NCBI GenBank assembly: GCA_046727755.1
Contig: JBKPDG010000070.1
Location: 1 to 40,622, forward strand
Source: Actinomycetota bacterium
Lineage (GTDB): Bacteria > Actinomycetota > Acidimicrobiia > IMCC26256 > JACDBD01
Direction of reading: 5' to 3'
DNA: 40,622 nucleotides
The notes under the pieces were generated by a model. That model ran no database searches and was not told the DNA's origin. It was given only the letters and a program-made list of their open reading frames with translations. Both the position numbers and the translations under genes were made by a program. Of the stretch, positions 16,915-24,970 are shown piece by piece. The number at the start of each line of letters is the position of its first letter. Position 1 is the first letter of the stretch.

Positions 16915-19572
16915 ATGAGTCTGGCCGAACTGCTCGTCTCGCATCCGTTCGCCGACGACGAGCCGCTCCTCTACACGGCACAGCGTTCCGTCACCGCCGG
17001 CGAAGCCCGGCGCGCCGCCACGGCGGTGGCCGAGCAGCTATGTGACGCGGGCGTCGAACCGGGGCAGCTCGTCGCGGTGCAGTTCCCGAACGGACCCGAG
17101 ATGGTCACGACCATGTTCGGCGTGTGGCTCGCCGGAGCCGTGTTCGTGCCCGTCAACTCGCGCGCGCCGCAGGCGGAAGTCGACCGGGTGCTCCGAACTG
17201 TCGAGCCGGCGGTGTTTCTGCGGCCCGACGGCATGCGCACACGCGACGGCGCCGCAACGTCCGATTCCGAGGCTGCGTTCGTGCTGTGGACCTCGGGCAC
17301 GACCGGCGAATCGAAAGCCGTCCTGCATACGCACACCGCGTATATCGAGCTCCTCGATCGTGTGCTCGGCGAGCTGAAGACGGGCCGACGCGGGCATGAA
17401 CTGGCGCCGACCCCGAATCTCATCCCCGTGTCGCTCGCGCTCAACGCCGGGATCTACAACGTGCTGTTCGGCCTGCGGGCGGGTGCATCGATCGTGATCA
17501 TGGAACGGTTCGACACAGAGCAGTTCGCGCAGCTCGTGCGGCGCTTCGGGATCCGTTCGACCGTCCTGCCACCCGCCGCGATCACGATGCTCACCGACGA
17601 CGAGAGCATCGAGGATCTCACGCCGCTGCGGTACGTGCGCAGCATCACTGCGCCGCTGTCGCCCCACGAGGCCAGGCGGTTTGCCGCGCGGTTCGGCGTG
17701 ATCGTGCTCAACGGCTACGGGCAGGCCGAGATCGGTGAAGTGATCGGTTGGACCGCCGCCGACGCCCGTGCCCATCCCGAGAAGATCGGCGCCGTCGGTC
17801 GGCCGCACGCCGGCGTGCAGGTCAAGATCATCGGCGATGGCGGCGGCGCCGCGCCCGAGGGCGACGTCGGGGAACTGGCGGTGCGTCCGCCGAGAATGGC
17901 GTCGGGCTACCTCGGCGGCGGTCGGTTCGACGACCGGCTCGACGAGGGCGGATACCTCCGCACCGGCGACCTCGCACGGATCGACACCGACGGCTTCGTC
18001 TGGATCGAGGGCCGCGTCGACGACGTCATCAACCGCGGGGGCAACAAGGTGCACCCGGCGCAGGTCGAAGAGGTCCTGCGGGGCGCGCCCGGGGTGCGCG
18101 ACGCGGCGGTCGTAGGCGCGGCCGACGTCCGACTCGGCGAGGTGCCGGTCGCGTTCTTCGTCGGCGACGCCGTCCCGACCGAGCTCGAACGCCTGTGCCG
18201 CGAGCAACTCGTCGGCTACAAGGTGCCGGTGGCGTTCCATCGCGTCGACGCGCTCCCGCGGAGCGAGGCGGGCAAGGTGCTGCGTCGTGATCTGGTCGCG
18301 ACGCTCGACGCTCACGCCGAACGACTTCCGGTCAACCCCGGCACCGCGGCCGCCGACGCGGTTTCGGCCGTCCGAGCGTGGATCGAGGAGCATGTGCCGC
18401 CGGCGTGGCGCGACGCGGCGCACCGCGGCGGCGCGCCCGCCATCCGCGAGGTCCGATCGCGCGCCGACTACGAGGCGTGGTACCCCGTCTTCGCGCGCTC
18501 CGGGCTGGTCGTCCCGACGTGGCCGGTCGCGTACGGCGGCCTCGATCTCGCTCTCGACGTCGCCCGCCGCGTGGAAGCCGAGCTGCGCCCGTACAACCTC
18601 GGACGCCTCAACCCGCTCGGGCTCAATCTCGCCGCGCCCGCGCTCTTCGCCCACGGCACCGAGGAGCAGCGCCTTCGTTTCCTCCCGCCGATCGTGCGCA
18701 ACGAGGAACGCTGGTGCCAGTTGTTCAGCGAGCCCGGCGCGGGATCCGACCTGGCGTCGCTCGCGACGACCGCAGTACGCGACGGCGACGACTGGCTCGT
18801 GACGGGCCAGAAGGTGTGGACGACCTGGGCGCACCAGTCCGACTTCGCGGTGCTGCTCGCCCGGACCGATCCCGACGCGCCGAAGCGCAAGGGCATCACG
18901 TACTTCCTGCTCGACCTACGACAGCCGGGCGTCGAGGTGCGGCCGCTCCGCCACCTCGGCGGCGAAGTCGACTTCAACGAGGTGTTCCTCGATCGGGCGC
19001 GAGCGCCCGACGCGCACCGAGTCGGCGCCGTCGGCGACGGGTGGCGCGTCGCGGGCGCCACGCTCTCGGGCGAGCGCCAGATGGTGTCCGGAGAGGGCTC
19101 GGGCGGCGTCGACCGCATCGGCGGCGCGGGCACGGCCCACGTGCTCACCGTGGCGCGCCGGCGCGCCGCCGGCGCCGACCTCGTCGTACGCCAGGAGCTG
19201 ATGCGTGCATACAGCGAGGAACGCATCCGGGCCTGGACGAACGACCGGGTGCGCGCGCAGCTGCGGGCCGGGCGTCCACCCGGCCCCGAGAGCTCGATCG
19301 GCAAGGTGCACCAGGGGGAGTTGAACCAACGCATCCAGGCGCTCGCCGTCCGACTCCTCGGCATGGACGCGGTGGCGTGGGAGAGCGCGGCGGACAGCTA
19401 CGCGGAGTCGCTGCCGTTCGAGCTGCGCGGGATGCTGCGCAGCCGGGCGAACACCATCGAGGGCGGCACGACCGAGATCAACAAGAACGTGCTCGGCGAG
19501 CGCGTGCTCGGCCTCCCGCGGGAGCCCGACCCGTGGCAGGGCCGCCCGTGGCGCGAGGTCCCGCGCAGCTGA
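16915..19572 (+). CDS. Acyl-CoA synthetase (AMP-binding) fused to acyl-CoA dehydrogenase
   Basis: TSGTTGESK, YGQAE, RTGDL, GKVLRR, then without a stop PTWPVAYGG, FSEPGAGSDLASL, GQKVWTT, FNEVFLD, TIEGGTTEI, ERVLGLPREP. Confidence 0.88.
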   Translation: MSLAELLVSHPFADDEPLLYTAQRSVTAGEARRAATAVAEQLCDAGVEPGQLVAVQFPNGPEMVTTMFGVWLAGAVFVPVNSRAPQAEVDRVLRTVEPAVFLRPDGMRTRDGAATSDSEAAFVLWTSGTTGESKAVLHTHTAYIELLDRVLGELKTGRRGHELAPTPNLIPVSLALNAGIYNVLFGLRAGASIVIMERFDTEQFAQLVRRFGIRSTVLPPAAITMLTDDESIEDLTPLRYVRSITAPLSPHEARRFAARFGVIVLNGYGQAEIGEVIGWTAADARAHPEKIGAVGRPHAGVQVKIIGDGGGAAPEGDVGELAVRPPRMASGYLGGGRFDDRLDEGGYLRTGDLARIDTDGFVWIEGRVDDVINRGGNKVHPAQVEEVLRGAPGVRDAAVVGAADVRLGEVPVAFFVGDAVPTELERLCREQLVGYKVPVAFHRVDALPRSEAGKVLRRDLVATLDAHAERLPVNPGTAAADAVSAVRAWIEEHVPPAWRDAAHRGGAPAIREVRSRADYEAWYPVFARSGLVVPTWPVAYGGLDLALDVARRVEAELRPYNLGRLNPLGLNLAAPALFAHGTEEQRLRFLPPIVRNEERWCQLFSEPGAGSDLASLATTAVRDGDDWLVTGQKVWTTWAHQSDFAVLLARTDPDAPKRKGITYFLLDLRQPGVEVRPLRHLGGEVDFNEVFLDRARAPDAHRVGAVGDGWRVAGATLSGERQMVSGEGSGGVDRIGGAGTAHVLTVARRRAAGADLVVRQELMRAYSEERIRAWTNDRVRAQLRAGRPPGPESSIGKVHQGELNQRIQALAVRLLGMDAVAWESAADSYAESLPFELRGMLRSRANTIEGGTTEINKNVLGERVLGLPREPDPWQGRPWREVPRS

Positions 19573-20405
19573 TGCCGTACGACACGCTCGTCGTCGAGCG
19601 GCGCGGCCCGGTGGGCTGGCTGATCTTCGACCGGCCCGACGCCGCCAACGCCATGGACGCGACGATGTTCGAGGAGCTCGAGGCCGCGTGGCGCGAGCTA
19701 GACCGCGACCCCGCCGTACGGGTCATCGTGAACACCGGCAACGGGCCCGCCTTCCAGACCGGAGTCGACGTCGCCCAGCTGAGCGGCGACAAGCAGGCGC
19801 TGCGCGAGCAGTCTCGCCGCACGCGAGACGCGGAGCTTCGCCTCACCGCATGGCACAACCAGGTGTGGAAGCCCGTGATCGCGGCCGTCAACGGCGTTTG
19901 CGCAGGGGGAGGACTCCATTTCGTGGCTGACGCCGACGTCGTCGTCGCGGCGTCGAACGCCACGTTCGTCGACCCGCACGTGTCCCTCGGCCAAGTGAGC
20001 GCGTACGAGACGATCGGCTTGGTCCGTAAGTCGCCGATGGAGCCGATCGTGCGAATGGCGCTGGTCGGCGCCGGCGAGCGTCTGGACGCCGAGCGTGCGC
20101 GTCAGCTGGGGATCCTCTCGCAGGTCGTCGATCCGCCCGACGGCCTACGCGACGCGGCGCAGGAGCTCGCCGAGAAGATCGCTCGCAACTCACCGGCCGC
20201 CATGCGCGTCACGAAGCAGGCGCTGTGGGGCGCTCTCGAGCGCGGGCTCACCGATGCCTGCCGCGCCGGCGCACACGCGCTCGTGTCGATGTGGGGCCAT
20301 CCCGACCAGGAGGAGGGACCGCGGGCGTTCGCCGAGAAGCGGGAGCCGGCTTGGCGGCCCGTCGAGCCGACAGGAGAGGCAGAAGAGATGGAGAAGCAGC
20401 GATGA
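19572..20405 (+). CDS. Enoyl-CoA hydratase/isomerase family protein (paralog 1)
   Basis: AFQTGVD, KPVIAAVNGVCAGGGLH, DPHVSLG, AFAEKREP; ATG overlaps upstream stop. Confidence 0.9.
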   Translation: MPYDTLVVERRGPVGWLIFDRPDAANAMDATMFEELEAAWRELDRDPAVRVIVNTGNGPAFQTGVDVAQLSGDKQALREQSRRTRDAELRLTAWHNQVWKPVIAAVNGVCAGGGLHFVADADVVVAASNATFVDPHVSLGQVSAYETIGLVRKSPMEPIVRMALVGAGERLDAERARQLGILSQVVDPPDGLRDAAQELAEKIARNSPAAMRVTKQALWGALERGLTDACRAGAHALVSMWGHPDQEEGPRAFAEKREPAWRPVEPTGEAEEMEKQR

Positions 20406-21214
20406 CGTTCTCGCGGTTCGAGTGCCTGAAGCTCGAGCGGCGCGGTCCGGTCGGCTGGCTGATCAACGATCGTCCGGAGCGGCTCAACGCGATGTCGGCG
20501 CGCATGCGGGACGAGTTCGCGCTCGCCTGGACCGAGCTCGACGGTGATCCCGACGTGAAGGTGATCGTCCACACGGGCGAGGGGCGCGCGTTCCAGACCG
20601 GTGTCGACGTGGCCGAGATCGCGAGCGACGGCGTCGGCATGGAGCGGTACCGGCAGTCGGTCGAGGACTTCGACCTGCACTTCACGTCGTGGCATCAGCA
20701 GGTGTGGAAGCCGGTGATCACGGCTGTCAACGGCGTGTGCGCGGGCGGTGGGTTCCACTGGATTGCCGACGCCGACGTCGTCATCGCGGCGTCCGACGCC
20801 GAGTTCTTCGACCCACACGTGTCGATCGGCCAGGTCGTCTCGCTCGAGGCCATCGGGCTCATCCGCAAGATGCCGGTCGAGGCGGTGATGCGCATGGCCT
20901 TCGTCGGCCGTTACGAGCGCCTCTCGGCGGCTCGGGCGTACGAGCTCGGCATGATCAGCCAGATCGTGGATCCGCCCGAGCGGCTCCGAGACGAGGCGCA
21001 GGCGCTCGGCGAGAAGATCGCCCGCAACTCACCGGCGGCGATGCGGGCGACGAAGCGGGCGCTGTGGGGCGCCCTCGAGATGGGGCTGACCGACGCCTGC
21101 CGCGCCGGCGCCGGCGAGCTCACCTCGATGTGGGGCCACCCCGATCAGGAGGAAGGCCCGCGTGCCTTCGCCGAGAAGCGCGACCCGAACTGGCGCGACC
21201 TCACGGAACAATGA
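20402..21214 (+). CDS. Enoyl-CoA hydratase/isomerase family protein (paralog 2)
   Basis: AFQTGVD, KPVITAVNGVCAGGGFH, DPHVSIG, AFAEKRDP; ATGA overlap. Confidence 0.9.
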   Translation: MTFSRFECLKLERRGPVGWLINDRPERLNAMSARMRDEFALAWTELDGDPDVKVIVHTGEGRAFQTGVDVAEIASDGVGMERYRQSVEDFDLHFTSWHQQVWKPVITAVNGVCAGGGFHWIADADVVIAASDAEFFDPHVSIGQVVSLEAIGLIRKMPVEAVMRMAFVGRYERLSAARAYELGMISQIVDPPERLRDEAQALGEKIARNSPAAMRATKRALWGALEMGLTDACRAGAGELTSMWGHPDQEEGPRAFAEKRDPNWRDLTEQ

Positions 21215-21259
21215 CATTCACCGGGACGTCCCCTCATCAACCTGCGTTGGCATAGACGC

Positions 21260-22117
21260 ATGGCAGTAGCCGCTGTCGACCGGGATCGCCCGACCCGCTT
21301 CGGGCTCGTCACGGGGCTGACATTCGTCGCCGCGCTCGTTCTCGCCCTCGTCGTGCGCGGCAACGCTGTGGTGGGCATCGCGGCGCTGTTCCTGCTGTTC
21401 GTCCCGCTCGAGAAGCTCTTCGCCCTCCGGGCCCAGCGCGTGTTCCGGCGCGGCCTGCTGACCGACCTCACGCACCTGCTCGTGAACAACTTGTTCTCGA
21501 CGGCGTTGGGGATCGCCCTCGTCGTGGCGGCTCTGGTCCCGGTCTTCTGGGTCCGCAACCTGAACATCGTCGGCAACCTCCCGACGGCGGCCGCAGTCGT
21601 CCTTGCCGCCGTGCTCGTCGTCGTCGGCAACTACTGGGGGCACCGCCTCACGCACGAGGTGCCGTTCCTCTGGCGGTTCCATTCGGTGCACCACAGCATC
21701 GAGTTGATGGACTGGGTCGCTGCCGGCCGCCTGCATCCCCTCGACCAGGCGTTCACGCAGGCCTTCACCGTGATGCCGCTCGTGATCCTCGGGTACGGAG
21801 CCGGCACCTTCGCCGGCGTTGCGGTGTTCGTCACGCTGCTCGCGATCTTCCAGCACGCCAACGTGCGGCTGCGGTTCCCGGTCGTGCGGTGGGTGGTCCC
21901 CACGCCCGAATGGCATCACTGGCATCACGCCATCGACGCCGAGGCCCGGGACAAGAATTTCGGTCTCCCGATCGTCGACCGGATCTTCGGCACCGCGTAC
22001 ATGCCCAAGGGGAGGCGTCCGCAGGGATTCGGTATCCCCGACCCGGTGCCGCAGGTCGGCTACCTCCGGCACCTCGCCTACCCGTTCACCGCCGAGGCCC
22101 GCGCCGGTCCGGCATAG
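21260..22117 (+). CDS. Sterol desaturase/fatty acid hydroxylase family membrane di-iron enzyme
   Basis: His boxes HRLTH, HSVHH, FQHAN, HHWHH; KNFG, DRIFGT. Confidence 0.9.
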   Translation: MAVAAVDRDRPTRFGLVTGLTFVAALVLALVVRGNAVVGIAALFLLFVPLEKLFALRAQRVFRRGLLTDLTHLLVNNLFSTALGIALVVAALVPVFWVRNLNIVGNLPTAAAVVLAAVLVVVGNYWGHRLTHEVPFLWRFHSVHHSIELMDWVAAGRLHPLDQAFTQAFTVMPLVILGYGAGTFAGVAVFVTLLAIFQHANVRLRFPVVRWVVPTPEWHHWHHAIDAEARDKNFGLPIVDRIFGTAYMPKGRRPQGFGIPDPVPQVGYLRHLAYPFTAEARAGPA

Positions 22118-22146
22118 CCCGTCCCTCGCCTGCCAAGCTGGGCGGC

Positions 22147-22683
22147 GTGTCGGAGCCCATGAAGGCTGTCGTCAACGCCACGCTCGCGTTGGCGACGCTG
22201 CTGCTCACGAGCGTGCTGTGGCGGTATCCGCTCGCGCTCACCACGCTGCTGATCGTCGCCGGCGCCGCGATCTACGCGCTCCGGCCCAGCCGGACCAGCC
22301 TCTGCGTGTATGCGACGGGGTTCGTCTTCGGTCCGCTGGCAGAGGGATTGGCCATCCAAACGGGCGCGTGGGAGTACGCCGAACCGAGCATCCTCGGCAT
22401 TCCGGTGTGGCTCCCGTTCGTGTGGGGGAGCGCGGCGCTCTTCATCCAGAACACCGCCGACATCGGGAAGGCGCTCTTCAGCCGCGACTCGTCACGACCT
22501 GCTGGCCGCCGTCACGCCCCGGGCACTGGCCCAGATGTCGTTGCACCGCTCGCACACCTCGTCGGGAATCACGCCCCATCGCATGAGCACGCCGAAGATC
22601 GCGCAGCCGAGGCAGAACGCGAACACGGATTCGAGCGTCGCGGCGACGACGATCGCGCCGAGCAGCACGTACGCCGCGCCTGA
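22147..22683 (+). CDS. Membrane protein (DUF2878-like); C-terminus runs into the convergent gene
   Basis: GPLAEGLAIQTGAWEY, GIPVWLPFVWG; about 4 TM; start GTG22147 or ATG22159. Confidence 0.6.
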   Translation: MSEPMKAVVNATLALATLLLTSVLWRYPLALTTLLIVAGAAIYALRPSRTSLCVYATGFVFGPLAEGLAIQTGAWEYAEPSILGIPVWLPFVWGSAALFIQNTADIGKALFSRDSSRPAGRRHAPGTGPDVVAPLAHLVGNHAPSHEHAEDRAAEAEREHGFERRGDDDRAEQHVRRA

Positions 22684-23007
22684 ACTGCCGAACCCGAAGT
22701 AGGCCACGAGCGCCGCGACCGAGATCGTCGCGCCGATGCCCTGGGCGAACCGCTTCGGCGGCCCGGCAACGTACTTCGCCGGGAGTGGAAGCCGCGGCGT
22801 GACGACCTTCGTGACGAGCTGGCCCAGGGGGCTGAGCGTCGGGCCCGTGAGCATCCGGGCGACGAACCCGTAGGCGATCGGGATCAGCAGCCACGGCTGG
22901 TCCCACACGACGGCGGACGCCGCCATGATCACCACGCCGCCGGCGACGAGGCGCGCCGACAGCTCGTTGACCGGATTCGGGAACGAGAACAGCTGACGGG
23001 CGGTCAT
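22492..23007 (-). CDS. DUF4395 family membrane protein
   Basis: FSFPNPVNELSARLVAG, PPKRFAQGIG, LESVFAFCLGC; TACACT 6 nt upstream. Confidence 0.88.
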   Translation of the reverse strand: MTARQLFSFPNPVNELSARLVAGGVVIMAASAVVWDQPWLLIPIAYGFVARMLTGPTLSPLGQLVTKVVTPRLPLPAKYVAGPPKRFAQGIGATISVAALVAYFGFGSSGAAYVLLGAIVVAATLESVFAFCLGCAIFGVLMRWGVIPDEVCERCNDIWASARGVTAASRS

Positions 23008-23110
23008 GACCCCAGTGTAAATGCGACTCGATCAGTCGGGTTTCCCGATGTTGCGGGGCGGTATGACCGTCTCGTACCGTTTGCCGGGTTCCTGGCTGTC
23101 GGGGGTCGCA

Positions 23111-24595
23111 ATGCGGCGGTCAACGTGGCGATGGGTCGGCGCAGCCGCGGTCTGCATGCTCGGCGCCGCGCTCGTGGGCCCGCCGGCGGCGGCGCAAGAA
23201 GGCCACGAGCACCACCATCACGGCGTCGGCTGGCGCGTGCGTGCGGCGGCGGCGTCGAAAGAGGCCAAGAACGGCGTCGACCCCGGGCCGACGCCCCGCG
23301 CGACATGCGGGCCCGGCTCCAATCCCGAGACGGGGATGCAGGGACGGGTCAGCGCCGAAGACGCCGCCAGCGGGCGGGCAGCGCAGGGCTACACGTGCAA
23401 CGCGGAGCTGGTCAGCCACTTCGGCGAGTCAGGCGGCTACAAGGTCGAGCGTTACGTGGACGCCGCCGGTCGCGAGTGCGCGTACTTCGACTCGACGCTG
23501 CTGTTCCCACTCAACGCGGCTCAGCCGGCGCAGTTCCCGACGGGGACGATCGTTCTCGACATGTCGAACCCTGCCGCGCCCGTGCGCACCGCGACGTTGG
23601 TAACGCCCGCCATGCAGACGCCGCACGAGTCGATGGTGCTCAATCCGAAGCGCGGACTGCTCGCGGCGGTGATGGGGAACCCCATCGCGTACCCGGGCAT
23701 CGTCGACGTCTACGACGTCACGGCTGACTGCCGGAACCCCGCGCTGCGCTCGACGTCACCGGTCGGGATCCTGGGCCACGAGAGCGGGTTCGCGCCGGAC
23801 GGGCGGACGTTCTACGCCGCCTCGATCGGCACCGGCCATCTCGTCGCGGTCGACGTCACGAACCCGTCGCTGCCAAGGACGCTCTGGGTCGGCAACTACA
23901 ACTCACACGGGCTGTCGATCAGCAACGACGGCAACCGCGCGTACGTCGCCGCCCGGCAGGGCTTGATCATCCTGGACGTCAGCCAGGTCAACAAGCGGGT
24001 GCGGGACCCGCAGGTGCGCGAGGTGAGCAGGCTGGCGTGGGACAACCTCACGATCCCGCAGAACGCGATCCCGGTCACGATCAAGGGGCGGCCGTACCTC
24101 GTCGAGATCGACGAGTTCGCCACCGACTCGAACGGCACCATCACCGGCAACGGGCCCGTGGTCGGCGCAGCGCGGATCATCGACATCGCCGACGAGACCA
24201 AGCCGAAGGTCGTCTCCAACATCCGCCTCGACGTGCACCAGCCCGAGAACCGAGCGGCGCTTGCCGGCGATCCGGGCGCGGGCAGCTTCGCGGGGGGCTA
24301 CGCCGGCCACTACTGCAACGTGCCGCAGCGGGAAGATCCCGGCATCGTCGCCTGCAGCTTCATCCTCTCCGGCTTGCGCGTGTTCGACATCCGGGATCCG
24401 TCGCACCCCAGGGAGAGCGCGTACTACAACACGCCGACCGAGCCGACGATCCCGGGTGATCCGCCCAGCAGCTACGCCATGTCCAGTCCCTCGTTCGTCC
24501 CCGAACGGGGAGAGATCTGGTACTCGGACGGCAACGCCGGCTTCTACGCCGTCCGCATCACGAACGACGCCTGGCGTCCTACCGTCCGTCCCTGA
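23111..24595 (+). CDS. Secreted LVIVD-repeat (beta-propeller) protein
   Basis: Signal peptide ending PAAA-Q; repeats IVLDMSNP, VAVDVTNP, IILDVS, IIDIADETKP, VFDIRDP. Confidence 0.8.
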   Translation: MRRSTWRWVGAAAVCMLGAALVGPPAAAQEGHEHHHHGVGWRVRAAAASKEAKNGVDPGPTPRATCGPGSNPETGMQGRVSAEDAASGRAAQGYTCNAELVSHFGESGGYKVERYVDAAGRECAYFDSTLLFPLNAAQPAQFPTGTIVLDMSNPAAPVRTATLVTPAMQTPHESMVLNPKRGLLAAVMGNPIAYPGIVDVYDVTADCRNPALRSTSPVGILGHESGFAPDGRTFYAASIGTGHLVAVDVTNPSLPRTLWVGNYNSHGLSISNDGNRAYVAARQGLIILDVSQVNKRVRDPQVREVSRLAWDNLTIPQNAIPVTIKGRPYLVEIDEFATDSNGTITGNGPVVGAARIIDIADETKPKVVSNIRLDVHQPENRAALAGDPGAGSFAGGYAGHYCNVPQREDPGIVACSFILSGLRVFDIRDPSHPRESAYYNTPTEPTIPGDPPSSYAMSSPSFVPERGEIWYSDGNAGFYAVRITNDAWRPTVRP

Positions 24596-24791
24596 GGACG
24601 CGGAGGCGCTCTCGATATTCGTCTTCGGTGATCTCTCCGCGGGCGTAGCGCTCGCCGAGTACGGCTTCACCTGACGCGCGTGGGCCGCCCCACCAGCGTC
24701 GCCGCCGCCAGAAGACGAACGCGATCACGCCCCAGAAAAACACGATCCAAAGGAGCCCGAACCCGGGCCACCATCCAGCATGCGCCAACAT
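24579..24791 (-). CDS. Small SHOCT-domain membrane protein
   Basis: GGAGGTG RBS; TM helix then LGERYARGEITEDEYRERLRVL. Confidence 0.85.
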   Translation of the reverse strand: MLAHAGWWPGFGLLWIVFFWGVIAFVFWRRRRWWGGPRASGEAVLGERYARGEITEDEYRERLRVLRDGR

Positions 24792-24876
24792 TCTCGTCAC
24801 CTCCCTTCTCGTTGACTCCTCGCGATCGTGACGAGCATCGAGCCCGATTGCGTCCGTCGAGGGGAGGCTTCGCGGG

Positions 24877-24924
24877 TACGTCGCCCGACGCAGCCGTCCT
24901 CGTTCGACTACGGACGGCGTCGTA
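24877..24924. promoter_or_regulatory. Two TACG-N8-CG(T/C)A inverted-repeat boxes upstream of the SHOCT gene
   Basis: TACGTC-GCCC-GACGCA (24877-24892) and TACGGA-CGGC-GTCGTA (24909-24924). Confidence 0.55.
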
Positions 24925-24970
24925 GGTGTACTAGACGGTGATCTCGAGTCCATCAGGGGGAGGGCCCGGC

